Shown: positions 7,681 through 14,864 of the stretch, in pieces | Position numbering within the stretch: position 1 is the stretch's first letter | How the letters are laid out: the number at the start of each line of letters is the position of its first letter | NCBI GenBank assembly: GCA_934613415.1 | Contig: CAKTSY010000004.1 | Span: 60,001-92,000 of the forward strand | Reading direction: 5' to 3' | From: an uncultured Opitutales bacterium | Lineage (GTDB): Bacteria; Verrucomicrobiota; Verrucomicrobiia; Opitutales; Intestinicryptomonadaceae | DNA: 32,000 nt | The notes under the pieces: generated by a model | The model's input: the letters and a program-made list of their open reading frames with translations, nothing else | Database searches by the model: none | What the model was told of the DNA's origin: nothing | Program-made: the position numbers and the translations under genes

Positions 7681-7708
7681 CTTATAAAAAGATTTAAAAT
7701 GTGTCAAA
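7681..7708 (-). promoter_or_regulatory. Candidate promoter for the AraC gene (-35 TTGACA 7708-7703, -10 TATAAG 7686-7681)
   Basis: Read from the minus strand in the 90-bp gap between the cbiO stop and the araC start. The 16-nt spacer fits, but the TATAAG -10 is imperfect, so the call is weak. Confidence 0.3.
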
Positions 7709-7744
7709 TAAAAATTTGGCAGAATTGGGCAGAAATTTTTCGGC

Positions 7745-8443
7745 CTAAATTAGCCCGCAGTTTTCCAAAAGGCTTTCATTTGCAAGAATGTCTTTGGTTT
7801 TGCCGAAGGCGGCTACGCTGCCTTTGTTTAAAACCGCGCAATGGCTGCAAAGGTTTAAGGCAAATTCCAAATCGTGGGTGGTCATTAAAATTGTTTTGTT
7901 TAGCGACTTTAAAATGTCGGCGGTTTGCCTTTTGCACTTGCAGTCTAGCAAAGCGGTAGGCTCGTCTAAAAGCAAAACTTCGGGCTGGGCAGCCAAAACC
8001 GAGCAAATTGCCACCCTCTTTTTTTCGCCGTCCGACAAATTTTGTATTGGTCGTTTTGCCAAGTGCATAATCCCATATTCTTCCATAAGTGCGTTTACAT
8101 TTTCAAACGCAATTTGTTGCGGAACTTTGCGGTTTAAAAAGCCGAACGCAATATCTTCTTGCACGGTAGAAAAGAAAAGCTGGTCGTCGCAATTTTGAAA
8201 TACAAGCCCCGCATAACTTCTTATTTTAGACAGGCTATGCTTTTCAACCATAACCGAATTTACATAAATTTTGCCGCTTTTTGGCTGCAAAAGCCCCATA
8301 ATGGAATGCAACAATGTTGTTTTGCCCGCCCCGTTTGCGCCTATAACCGCGCAACATACCCCCTTTTCGATTTCAAGCGAAAGCGAATTTATTGCGGCAA
8401 CATTTCCGCTGCGGCAAACTGTAAGGTTTTCAATTTTTATCAT
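7745..8443 (-). CDS. cbiO: ECF transporter ATPase component (CbiO/NikO/LarO-like), 232 aa
   Basis: ORF 7745..8665 trimmed to ATG 8443 (MIKIENLTVCRSGNVAAINSLSLEIEKGVCCAVIGANGAGKTTLL). It has Walker A, the LSDGEKKRV signature and Walker B LLLDEP. It overlaps the upstream cbiQ stop by 14 nt. Confidence 0.9.
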   Translation of the reverse strand: MIKIENLTVCRSGNVAAINSLSLEIEKGVCCAVIGANGAGKTTLLHSIMGLLQPKSGKIYVNSVMVEKHSLSKIRSYAGLVFQNCDDQLFFSTVQEDIAFGFLNRKVPQQIAFENVNALMEEYGIMHLAKRPIQNLSDGEKKRVAICSVLAAQPEVLLLDEPTALLDCKCKRQTADILKSLNKTILMTTHDLEFALNLCSHCAVLNKGSVAAFGKTKDILANESLLENCGLI

Positions 8444-9206
8444 AAAAAACGCCTTCAATAAAAAGTGGAATATTAAAAAATCTAAAAAGCAAACACAACA
8501 TAGCAAACGCGACAAAAAACACGGTATCTTTAACGGTAAATTTTTGCGTTTGCTGTTTAAAGTGGCGAACATCGAAATTGCGACACTGCATTGCGTTATA
8601 TATTGCATTTGCGCGGGCAAGCGTACGCATAAAAAGGCTTGCCAGCATTGCAGGGTAATGCGCAAATTTTATTTTTGGGTGCATAGGGCTGCGCAGTGCA
8701 TAGGCTTTTGCCATTCTAGCTGCCTCGCTACAAACGCAGTTTAAATAGCGTATTGTAAGCATAATTTGCATAACAACAATACACGGAATTTTAAGCTTTG
8801 CCAAAGCCCCTGCAATGTCGTTTACAGGGGTTGTCTTTGCAAAAATTACGGATACTGCCACGCACAAATACGCCTTTAAAAGCAGTGTAAAAAGCGAAAG
8901 CACCCCAAAACTTACGCCAAAAGAAAAAAGTTTAAAGGCAGTTTTTGTGTCTATAAAAACGTTTGCAGCCCCAGCAAAAAACGCAATGCAAAGCGCGGGC
9001 ATAGATTTCCTTAAAATTTCGCCTTGGCTAATTTTGCACAACGCCCCCAAAAACAGCGGGAAAGCAAAATATATTACAATCCCAAAAGCGTTGTATTTGC
9101 CGAACGAAACAACGCATATAACAAACACAAACAACGCCGCCAATTTTGCCAAGGCGTTGTAAGTAGTATGCATATTGCAGCTTTTTGCCTGCAAGCTACT
9201 TTCCAT
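8430..9206 (-). CDS. cbiQ: ECF transporter transmembrane T component (CbiQ/LarQ-like), 258 aa
   Basis: A polytopic membrane protein positioned between the CbiM and CbiO homologues. ATG 9206 overlaps the cbiM stop by 11 nt. An alternative ATG lies at 9173. Confidence 0.8.
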   Translation of the reverse strand: MESSLQAKSCNMHTTYNALAKLAALFVFVICVVSFGKYNAFGIVIYFAFPLFLGALCKISQGEILRKSMPALCIAFFAGAANVFIDTKTAFKLFSFGVSFGVLSLFTLLLKAYLCVAVSVIFAKTTPVNDIAGALAKLKIPCIVVMQIMLTIRYLNCVCSEAARMAKAYALRSPMHPKIKFAHYPAMLASLFMRTLARANAIYNAMQCRNFDVRHFKQQTQKFTVKDTVFFVAFAMLCLLFRFFNIPLFIEGVFYDKN

Positions 9207-10191
9207 TTAAGTTTGTTTTTGATACAAATTTAAAGGCAAAATACCCGACAAACAAAAACGCCGCCGTTATAAGCGAACCCATTAACCCCGCTACCGATGT
9301 AGACGCCTTGCCGCCCAACATTGGGGTAGAATAGTCGCTAAAAATTGCGGTGTTGTTTGCAATGTTTTTGCTTGCTAAATGGGCTGCGCTTTTTTCTGCC
9401 GCAATTTCGGTTTTCGCGGTGTTTTGCAAAGACCACTCAAGCCCATCGGGCTTTTCGCTAGCGTAAATAGAAAATAGCGAACCAAAAACAACCGCTGCAA
9501 TAGACATAAGCAAAACCGCGCTTTTTTTTGAAGGCATAAATTTGCCTTCGGTTAGCTTGTTAAAAACAAATGCGTTTGAATCTTTAATAGCCAACAACAC
9601 AAAGGCGGTGGCAACGCCCTCTACAAGGCCTATGGCCAAATGTATTGGCTGCATAAACAAAAGAAATGTTTTAAAATCCAGCTCGGTTATGTCGGAACAC
9701 AAAGTTTCTAGCACAACGCAAAACGAGCCGCACTGCAAAGTTAGCACGCAAGACAAAACGCCTGCGGCTATAATCGCAAACTTGCCCCTGCTTTTGCGCA
9801 CAATGGACACAAAAAGCAAGGGGTAAGCAACAAAACACGCAAAAAACGCCATATTAAAAGCGTTGCACCCAAACGCCAAAATTCCGCCGTCGGCAAAAAA
9901 CAACGCCTGTATAAACAGCACCGAACTAAGCGCAATAAAGGCGGGGTATGCCCCCAGTGTTGCTGCCAGCAAAATTCCGCCGCCAATGTGCCCGCTAGAC
10001 CCCGTTGCCGGTATAGAAAAATTAAGCATTTGCGCCGCAAACACAAACGCCGCCATAACGCCCATTAAAGGAATATTTAGCTTGTCGAAATTTTGGGAGG
10101 CCTTTTTTGCCGAATATAGCAGCAAAAGCAAAAAAACAACCCACATTATACCCCCAACCTTTGCGGAAACAAGGGCATCGGACATATGCAT
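9196..10191 (-). CDS. cbiM: Ni/Co ECF substrate-capture component: CbiM/NikM fused to a C-terminal PDGLE (CbiN-like) domain, Lar(MN)-like
   Basis: Start chosen at ATG 10191 so that the N-terminus is MHMSDALVS. CbiM/NikM proteins need an N-terminal Met-His for metal ligation. The alternative ATG at 10212 adds MLNPVLA. The C-terminal ~110 aa contains EKPDGLEWS flanked by two TM helices, which is the PDGLE domain. Confidence 0.85.
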   Translation of the reverse strand: MHMSDALVSAKVGGIMWVVFLLLLLYSAKKASQNFDKLNIPLMGVMAAFVFAAQMLNFSIPATGSSGHIGGGILLAATLGAYPAFIALSSVLFIQALFFADGGILAFGCNAFNMAFFACFVAYPLLFVSIVRKSRGKFAIIAAGVLSCVLTLQCGSFCVVLETLCSDITELDFKTFLLFMQPIHLAIGLVEGVATAFVLLAIKDSNAFVFNKLTEGKFMPSKKSAVLLMSIAAVVFGSLFSIYASEKPDGLEWSLQNTAKTEIAAEKSAAHLASKNIANNTAIFSDYSTPMLGGKASTSVAGLMGSLITAAFLFVGYFAFKFVSKTNLNGK

Positions 10192-10217
10192 TGCAAGAAC
10201 AGGATTTAGCATTTTTT

Positions 10218-10958
10218 TTAACTCCTTAAAATTAAGTGTGCATTAAAGGCGGCTCCAAAACCGTTGTCGATATTTACAACGCTAACCCCGTTTGCGCACG
10301 AATTTATCATTGAAAGCAGCGTCGAAAGTCCGCCAAAATTTGCGCCGTAGCCTACGCTTGTTGGCACTGCAATTACAGGAACTGCAACAAGCCCAGCCAA
10401 AACCGAAGCCAACGCCCCTTCCATTCCGGCAACTGCAATTACAACTTTTGCCTTTCTGATTTCCTCTATATTGCCAAGCAGCCTGTGCAAACCAGCTACC
10501 CCACAATCGAAGTAAGTTTTAGCAGAATCCCCCAAAAAATTTAAAGTAAGCTCGGCTTCCTTTGCAACGGGTATGTCGGAAGTGCCAGCAGTTACAATGG
10601 CAACTTCGCCCAACGAATTTTTCGGGCAGCTTTCGCCAATTTGAATAATTTTTGCAGACTTTTCGTATATGCAATTTTCGAAATTTTTTTGCATCAGTTC
10701 TGCAATTGCTTCGCTTGCGCGTGTTATAAGAACGCCCTTTTCGCGCGCCAAAATTTTGCGGCAAATTTCAAGGCATTGCTCGGGCGTTTTCGAAGCTCCG
10801 TATACGATTTCGCCTACTCCCGTTCTGCGTTTTCTATCGAAGTCTATTTTTGTGTGCCCCATATCGCAGCAAAACAAATTTTCTATTTGTTTGCCCGCGT
10901 TTTGCAAATTAAGGGTGCCGTTTTTGTAGGCGTTTAAAATTTCAAAAATTTCGTTCAT
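10218..10958 (-). CDS. larB: Nickel-pincer cofactor biosynthesis protein LarB (NaAD carboxylase/hydrolase, PurE-like), 246 aa
   Basis: Contains DFDRKRRTGVGEIVYGASKT and VAIVTAGTSDIPVAKEA, and has an AIR-carboxylase-like C-terminal half. Its start forms an ATGA overlap with the larE stop (10955-10958). Confidence 0.9.
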   Translation of the reverse strand: MNEIFEILNAYKNGTLNLQNAGKQIENLFCCDMGHTKIDFDRKRRTGVGEIVYGASKTPEQCLEICRKILAREKGVLITRASEAIAELMQKNFENCIYEKSAKIIQIGESCPKNSLGEVAIVTAGTSDIPVAKEAELTLNFLGDSAKTYFDCGVAGLHRLLGNIEEIRKAKVVIAVAGMEGALASVLAGLVAVPVIAVPTSVGYGANFGGLSTLLSMINSCANGVSVVNIDNGFGAAFNAHLILRS

Positions 10959-11746
10959 ATCTTTACATTCATAGAGCCCGTTTTATAACCTGCCAAATCT
11001 AGCGAGCAGCGTTTAAAACCCAAGTCGACAGCCTCTTTGTTTATCTTGGCACTGTTGCACACAACCTTTTCAAAATCGCATATGTTGCATTCTATCCTTA
11101 CCGAATTTCCGTCGGTTCTTGCCCTTACCTTGCCTATGTTAAGGCTTCGCAAATAGCTTTCAAATTTGTCGATTCTTTGCAGAATGTTTGGTTCTATTTT
11201 TTTGCCGTGTTCAAGCCTTGTAAGCAGGCAGGCATAGGCGGGTTTGTCGGCAACCTCGGGCAGAATTTCGCGTGCAATTTGCCTTATTTGGTCTTTGCCA
11301 ATTCCGCATTCCAAAAACGGGCTTTTTACGCCAAGCTCTTTTAAAGCCTTCATTCCGGGGCGATAATCCGACAAATCGTCGGCGTTTGTACCGTCGCATA
11401 AAACACCTGCGTTTAGCGAAGCTGTTTTGTTTTTAAATTCGCAAAAAATATTTTTTTTGCACAGATAGCAACGTTCGGGCGGGTTGTATAAAATTTCGCT
11501 TGGTATGTTTTCTCTTACAACTTTTACAAGTTTTACCCCAAGCTTTTTGCAAAGATTTTCGGCAAAAGAACATTCGCTTTGCATTGCATAGGGCATAAAG
11601 GCTGTAATTGCAGTGCAGTTTTTTGCCCCCAGTGTTTGCGCGCAAAACGCCAATAGCACAGAGCTGTCTAGCCCGCCCGAAAGCGCAATGCAAACGCTTC
11701 CAAAGCTTTCTATAAGTTTTTTTAAGCTATCTATTTTCGAATTCAT
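10955..11746 (-). CDS. larE: ATP-dependent sulfur transferase LarE (PP-loop ATP pyrophosphatase), 263 aa
   Basis: PP-loop SGGLDSS sits near the N-terminus (VCIALSGGLDSSVLL). Cysteines lie in ERCYLCK and PAYACLLTR. It overlaps the larC stop by 20 nt. Confidence 0.9.
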   Translation of the reverse strand: MNSKIDSLKKLIESFGSVCIALSGGLDSSVLLAFCAQTLGAKNCTAITAFMPYAMQSECSFAENLCKKLGVKLVKVVRENIPSEILYNPPERCYLCKKNIFCEFKNKTASLNAGVLCDGTNADDLSDYRPGMKALKELGVKSPFLECGIGKDQIRQIAREILPEVADKPAYACLLTRLEHGKKIEPNILQRIDKFESYLRSLNIGKVRARTDGNSVRIECNICDFEKVVCNSAKINKEAVDLGFKRCSLDLAGYKTGSMNVKI

Positions 11747-13004
11747 TGCATAGAATTTTTCTTACAACGCCTATAGCAAGCCCCGTTTTGTCTGAAATTT
11801 TTTTGCAGTCGTCAAACTCGGGCTTTGCCTTTGTTTTGCCGTTAAACTCGGCAACTTTAAAATTAACTTCGCCTAACGACGACTTAAATTTTACACATTC
11901 ACGCGGAATACTAAGCCTGTTTGCCTCAACAATTCTAACGCCCAAGGTGGTGGAATTTTCGAAAACAAATTGTGCAACTTTTTCGGCGTCATTTTCGCAA
12001 ACTAGCGCGCACAGCTTTGTGCCCAAGCGCGACTTTTTCATAGCAATAGATTCCCTCCAAACATCTAACGCGCCAACAGAAAACAGCTTTTCGCACAAAT
12101 ACGAAAGGTCTTCGGCTGGCATATCGTCGATATTGCATTCTATAACCGCCATTTTTTCGCGCTTAAATTTGCAATTTGCATCTTCTTGCGTTTCAAGCAG
12201 CGTAATCCTTAAAATGTTGGGCAGTTCGGGAGAATTGCGGTGCCCAATGCCCACGCCGTTGGCTATGATTTTACCGCTAATTCTTTCGGAAAAGCCGTCG
12301 CACAAAGCGGCAATAATTGCCGCCCCCGTAGGCGTTGTGCATTCGTGCATAGCACCGTTAAATTTTACGGGCAGCCCCTTTACTATTTCGGCTGTGGCAG
12401 GGGCAGGAACGGGCATAACTCCATGCGCGCATTTTACAGTGCCGCCCCCAAGCTCTACTGCAGAACATATAAATTTGTCTACACAAAGCATATCGGCGCA
12501 AACGGCTGCTGCAACTATGTCTATTATCGAATCTATTGCGCCTACTTCGTGAAAGCAAACTTCGTCTATATTTTTGTTGTGAACCTTTGCCTCGGCCAGC
12601 GCAATTTTCTCGAATATTTTTAAGGCGTAATTTTTTGCGCGCTGCGAAATACCCGAATTTTCTATAACCTTTTTTATATCGGCATACGAACGGTGAAAAT
12701 GTGAATGCTCGTGAACGTGTTCGCAGTGGAAATGCCCGTAAATGTGCGAATGTATATGCGCGTGCAAATGTTCGTGTTCCGGCGAATGCTCGCTACAGAT
12801 ATGTTCAGATTCGTCTATCACTTCGGCCTTTGTGCCCGAAATTCCGCCGCGCATATCGCGGCTAAACTTTAGCTGCCAACCGCTTAAATTAAGCTTTTGC
12901 AATTCCTTAATAAGTGCGTCTTTGTCTACACCCAAATCCACAAAAGCCGCAATATTCATATCGCCGCTAATGCCCGCAAAACAGTCGTAATATAAAACTT
13001 TCAT
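11727..13004 (-). CDS. larC: Nickel insertion (cyclometallase) protein LarC, single uninterrupted frame, 425 aa
   Basis: ORF 11727..13037 trimmed to ATG 13004 (MKVLYYDCFAGISGDM...), the conserved LarC N-terminus. A His-rich tract EHSPEHEHLHAHIHSHIYGHFHCEHVHEHSHFH is present, and the C-terminal LarC2-like part is in the same frame. Confidence 0.9.
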   Translation of the reverse strand: MKVLYYDCFAGISGDMNIAAFVDLGVDKDALIKELQKLNLSGWQLKFSRDMRGGISGTKAEVIDESEHICSEHSPEHEHLHAHIHSHIYGHFHCEHVHEHSHFHRSYADIKKVIENSGISQRAKNYALKIFEKIALAEAKVHNKNIDEVCFHEVGAIDSIIDIVAAAVCADMLCVDKFICSAVELGGGTVKCAHGVMPVPAPATAEIVKGLPVKFNGAMHECTTPTGAAIIAALCDGFSERISGKIIANGVGIGHRNSPELPNILRITLLETQEDANCKFKREKMAVIECNIDDMPAEDLSYLCEKLFSVGALDVWRESIAMKKSRLGTKLCALVCENDAEKVAQFVFENSTTLGVRIVEANRLSIPRECVKFKSSLGEVNFKVAEFNGKTKAKPEFDDCKKISDKTGLAIGVVRKILCNEFENR

Positions 13005-13055
13005 ATCAAAAAAAACCTGATTGCATACTATGCGCAAAAGCCGTAAATGTCGTTT

Positions 13056-14834
13056 TTATTTTATTGCCGCAAACTTTTCGTCTATAATTTTTATGCATTG
13101 CTCGGGCGTGCCCGCGTTTTTGCATGCGCTTTCCATTGGGCACATTCCGTCGCGCTTTGCATTTTGTATGAAAGGCACAAGGTTTTTATACGAAACATCT
13201 ACCCTTGCCTTCTTTAACATCGCCAAAGCGGGTCGGCTTAAAGTTTCGGCATACAGTTGCGAAACCGCCCCCATTGCAAAAATTGCTGCCGCCGCCTTGC
13301 CAACCGCCTTGTCGGCAACAATTGCGCCCTTTAGCAGTGCGGGCTCGTTTTTGTATATTTTATAAAGTTCGTCTAAGCCGCGCCCTGTGTAGGTGCGAAT
13401 ATCGCCATTGCCAATAACAAGAGTATAGTTCTTGCCCTCTTCGGCAAACTTTGCCTTTACGTCGCCAATTAAAGCCGCCGTACGCTTTAGATTTTTAACA
13501 TAGGCGTCTATGCGGCGAAGCTCTTTGGGAATATCTATACCCTGCGGGCAGTGCGGGCGGCATTGGTCGCAACCCGTGCAGTGACTTGCCTGCCTAAGTT
13601 TTGGGACGGAACGGTCGTAGCCAACAAGGTAGGCGCGGCGCGCCATTGCGTAGTTTTTGTCCAAAGTGCTTTCGGGCGTTAAACGCTCGTTTAGGCATTT
13701 GTTGTAGTGCAGCAAAATTGCGGGAATGTCCAGCGCATACGGGCACGGCATACAATATTTGCAGTCGTTGCAGGGTATGTTGTTAAACTCGAGCATAGTT
13801 TTTGCAATTTTTTCCAAAAATTCAAAATCTTGGTCGGTAAGCGGCTTTAGCGGCGCATAACTGCGAAGGTTGTCTTTTAAATGCTCCATTTTTGCCATGC
13901 CGCTAAGTACGGTTAAAACATTCGGGAAAGTTCCCGCAAAGCGGAATGCCCACGAAGCCACGCTGCGGTCGGGCTCTTTTTGCTTAAATTCGGGAACTAT
14001 TGTATGCGGTATAGACGAAAGCCTGCCGCCCAAAAGGGGCTCCATTATAACGGCGGGAATGTTGCGCTTTTCAAGCTCTCTATACAAATACTCGGCGTTT
14101 GTATTGCTTTTGTTTATCTCTTTTGCGTGCTTCCAGTCTATGTAGTTTAGCTGAATTTGCACAAAGTCCCATTTGTATTCGTCGTGCTTTGAAAGCAGGT
14201 AGTCGAAAACCTTTATGTCGCCATGATACGAAAAGCCGAGATTGCGTATTTTGCCCTTTTTGCGTTCCTCCAACAAAAAGTCTAAAATGCCGTTGTCTAT
14301 ATAGCGTTTTTTTAGTGAGTCCATGCCCGAACCCGTACCTACCGAATGCAAAAGCATATAGTCGATATAGTCCACCCTAAGGTTTTTAAACGAGTCTTCG
14401 TACATCTTAATAGAAGCCTCGCGCGAGTGCGTAGCCGTCGCAAAATTAGAAAGCTTTGTGGCTATAAAATATTTATTGCGCGGGTGTCTGCTTAACGCAA
14501 TGCCTGTCGCCTTTTCGGATTGCCCCCTGCAATATACCGGAGACGTATCAAAATAGTTTACGCCGTGCGCAATGGCATAGTCTACAAGCTCGTTTACGGC
14601 GTTTTGGTCTATAATGCCGCCGGCTTCCCTTGCGGTTTTGCCGTCTATTGAAGGCCAGCGCATACACCCAAAGCCCAAAAGCGAAACCTTTTCTTTTGTC
14701 TTGGGGTTTTCGCGCATAGTCATTTCGCCGTAATTTTCGGTATTTGAATTGTCGGAACACCCAAACAATGCAGCCGAAGCCGCCGTTGCCGAAATTCCCT
14801 TAATAAAAGTTCTTCTTTTAAATTTGTTTTCCAT
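13056..14834 (-). CDS. Predicted Tat-exported lipoprotein: aldo/keto reductase + 2x[4Fe-4S]-type Cys motifs + C-terminal DUF1893 (TM1506-like) domain, 592 aa
   Basis: The N-terminus MENKFKRRTFIKGISATAASAALFGC carries a twin-arginine motif (RRxFIK) and a lipobox (LFGC). AKR motifs are GFGCMRWP, FDTSPVY, ATKL and DYMLLH, so the D-Y-K-H tetrad is present. Fe-S motifs are CNDCKYCMPCP and CTGCDQCRPHCP. The last ~141 aa (13059..13481) match my recollection of DUF1893: ...GAIVADKAVGKAAA...CPME. Confidence 0.85.
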   Translation of the reverse strand: MENKFKRRTFIKGISATAASAALFGCSDNSNTENYGEMTMRENPKTKEKVSLLGFGCMRWPSIDGKTAREAGGIIDQNAVNELVDYAIAHGVNYFDTSPVYCRGQSEKATGIALSRHPRNKYFIATKLSNFATATHSREASIKMYEDSFKNLRVDYIDYMLLHSVGTGSGMDSLKKRYIDNGILDFLLEERKKGKIRNLGFSYHGDIKVFDYLLSKHDEYKWDFVQIQLNYIDWKHAKEINKSNTNAEYLYRELEKRNIPAVIMEPLLGGRLSSIPHTIVPEFKQKEPDRSVASWAFRFAGTFPNVLTVLSGMAKMEHLKDNLRSYAPLKPLTDQDFEFLEKIAKTMLEFNNIPCNDCKYCMPCPYALDIPAILLHYNKCLNERLTPESTLDKNYAMARRAYLVGYDRSVPKLRQASHCTGCDQCRPHCPQGIDIPKELRRIDAYVKNLKRTAALIGDVKAKFAEEGKNYTLVIGNGDIRTYTGRGLDELYKIYKNEPALLKGAIVADKAVGKAAAAIFAMGAVSQLYAETLSRPALAMLKKARVDVSYKNLVPFIQNAKRDGMCPMESACKNAGTPEQCIKIIDEKFAAIK

Positions 14835-14864
14835 ATTAAAAAATCTTTCGTTAAAAAAGTTTGT

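Noticed and set aside
8444-8665. N-terminal 74-codon extension of the cbiO ORF
   Set aside because: It would overlap cbiQ extensively. ABC ATPase homology starts at MIKIENL (8443).
7788-8744. + strand ORFs 7788..8198, 8159..8461, 8271..8744 and 8815..9162
   Set aside because: They are antisense to the cbiO/cbiQ genes.
11746-12552. 268-aa + strand ORF
   Set aside because: It is antisense to larC. Its Ser/Thr/Ala-rich shadow composition carries no motif.
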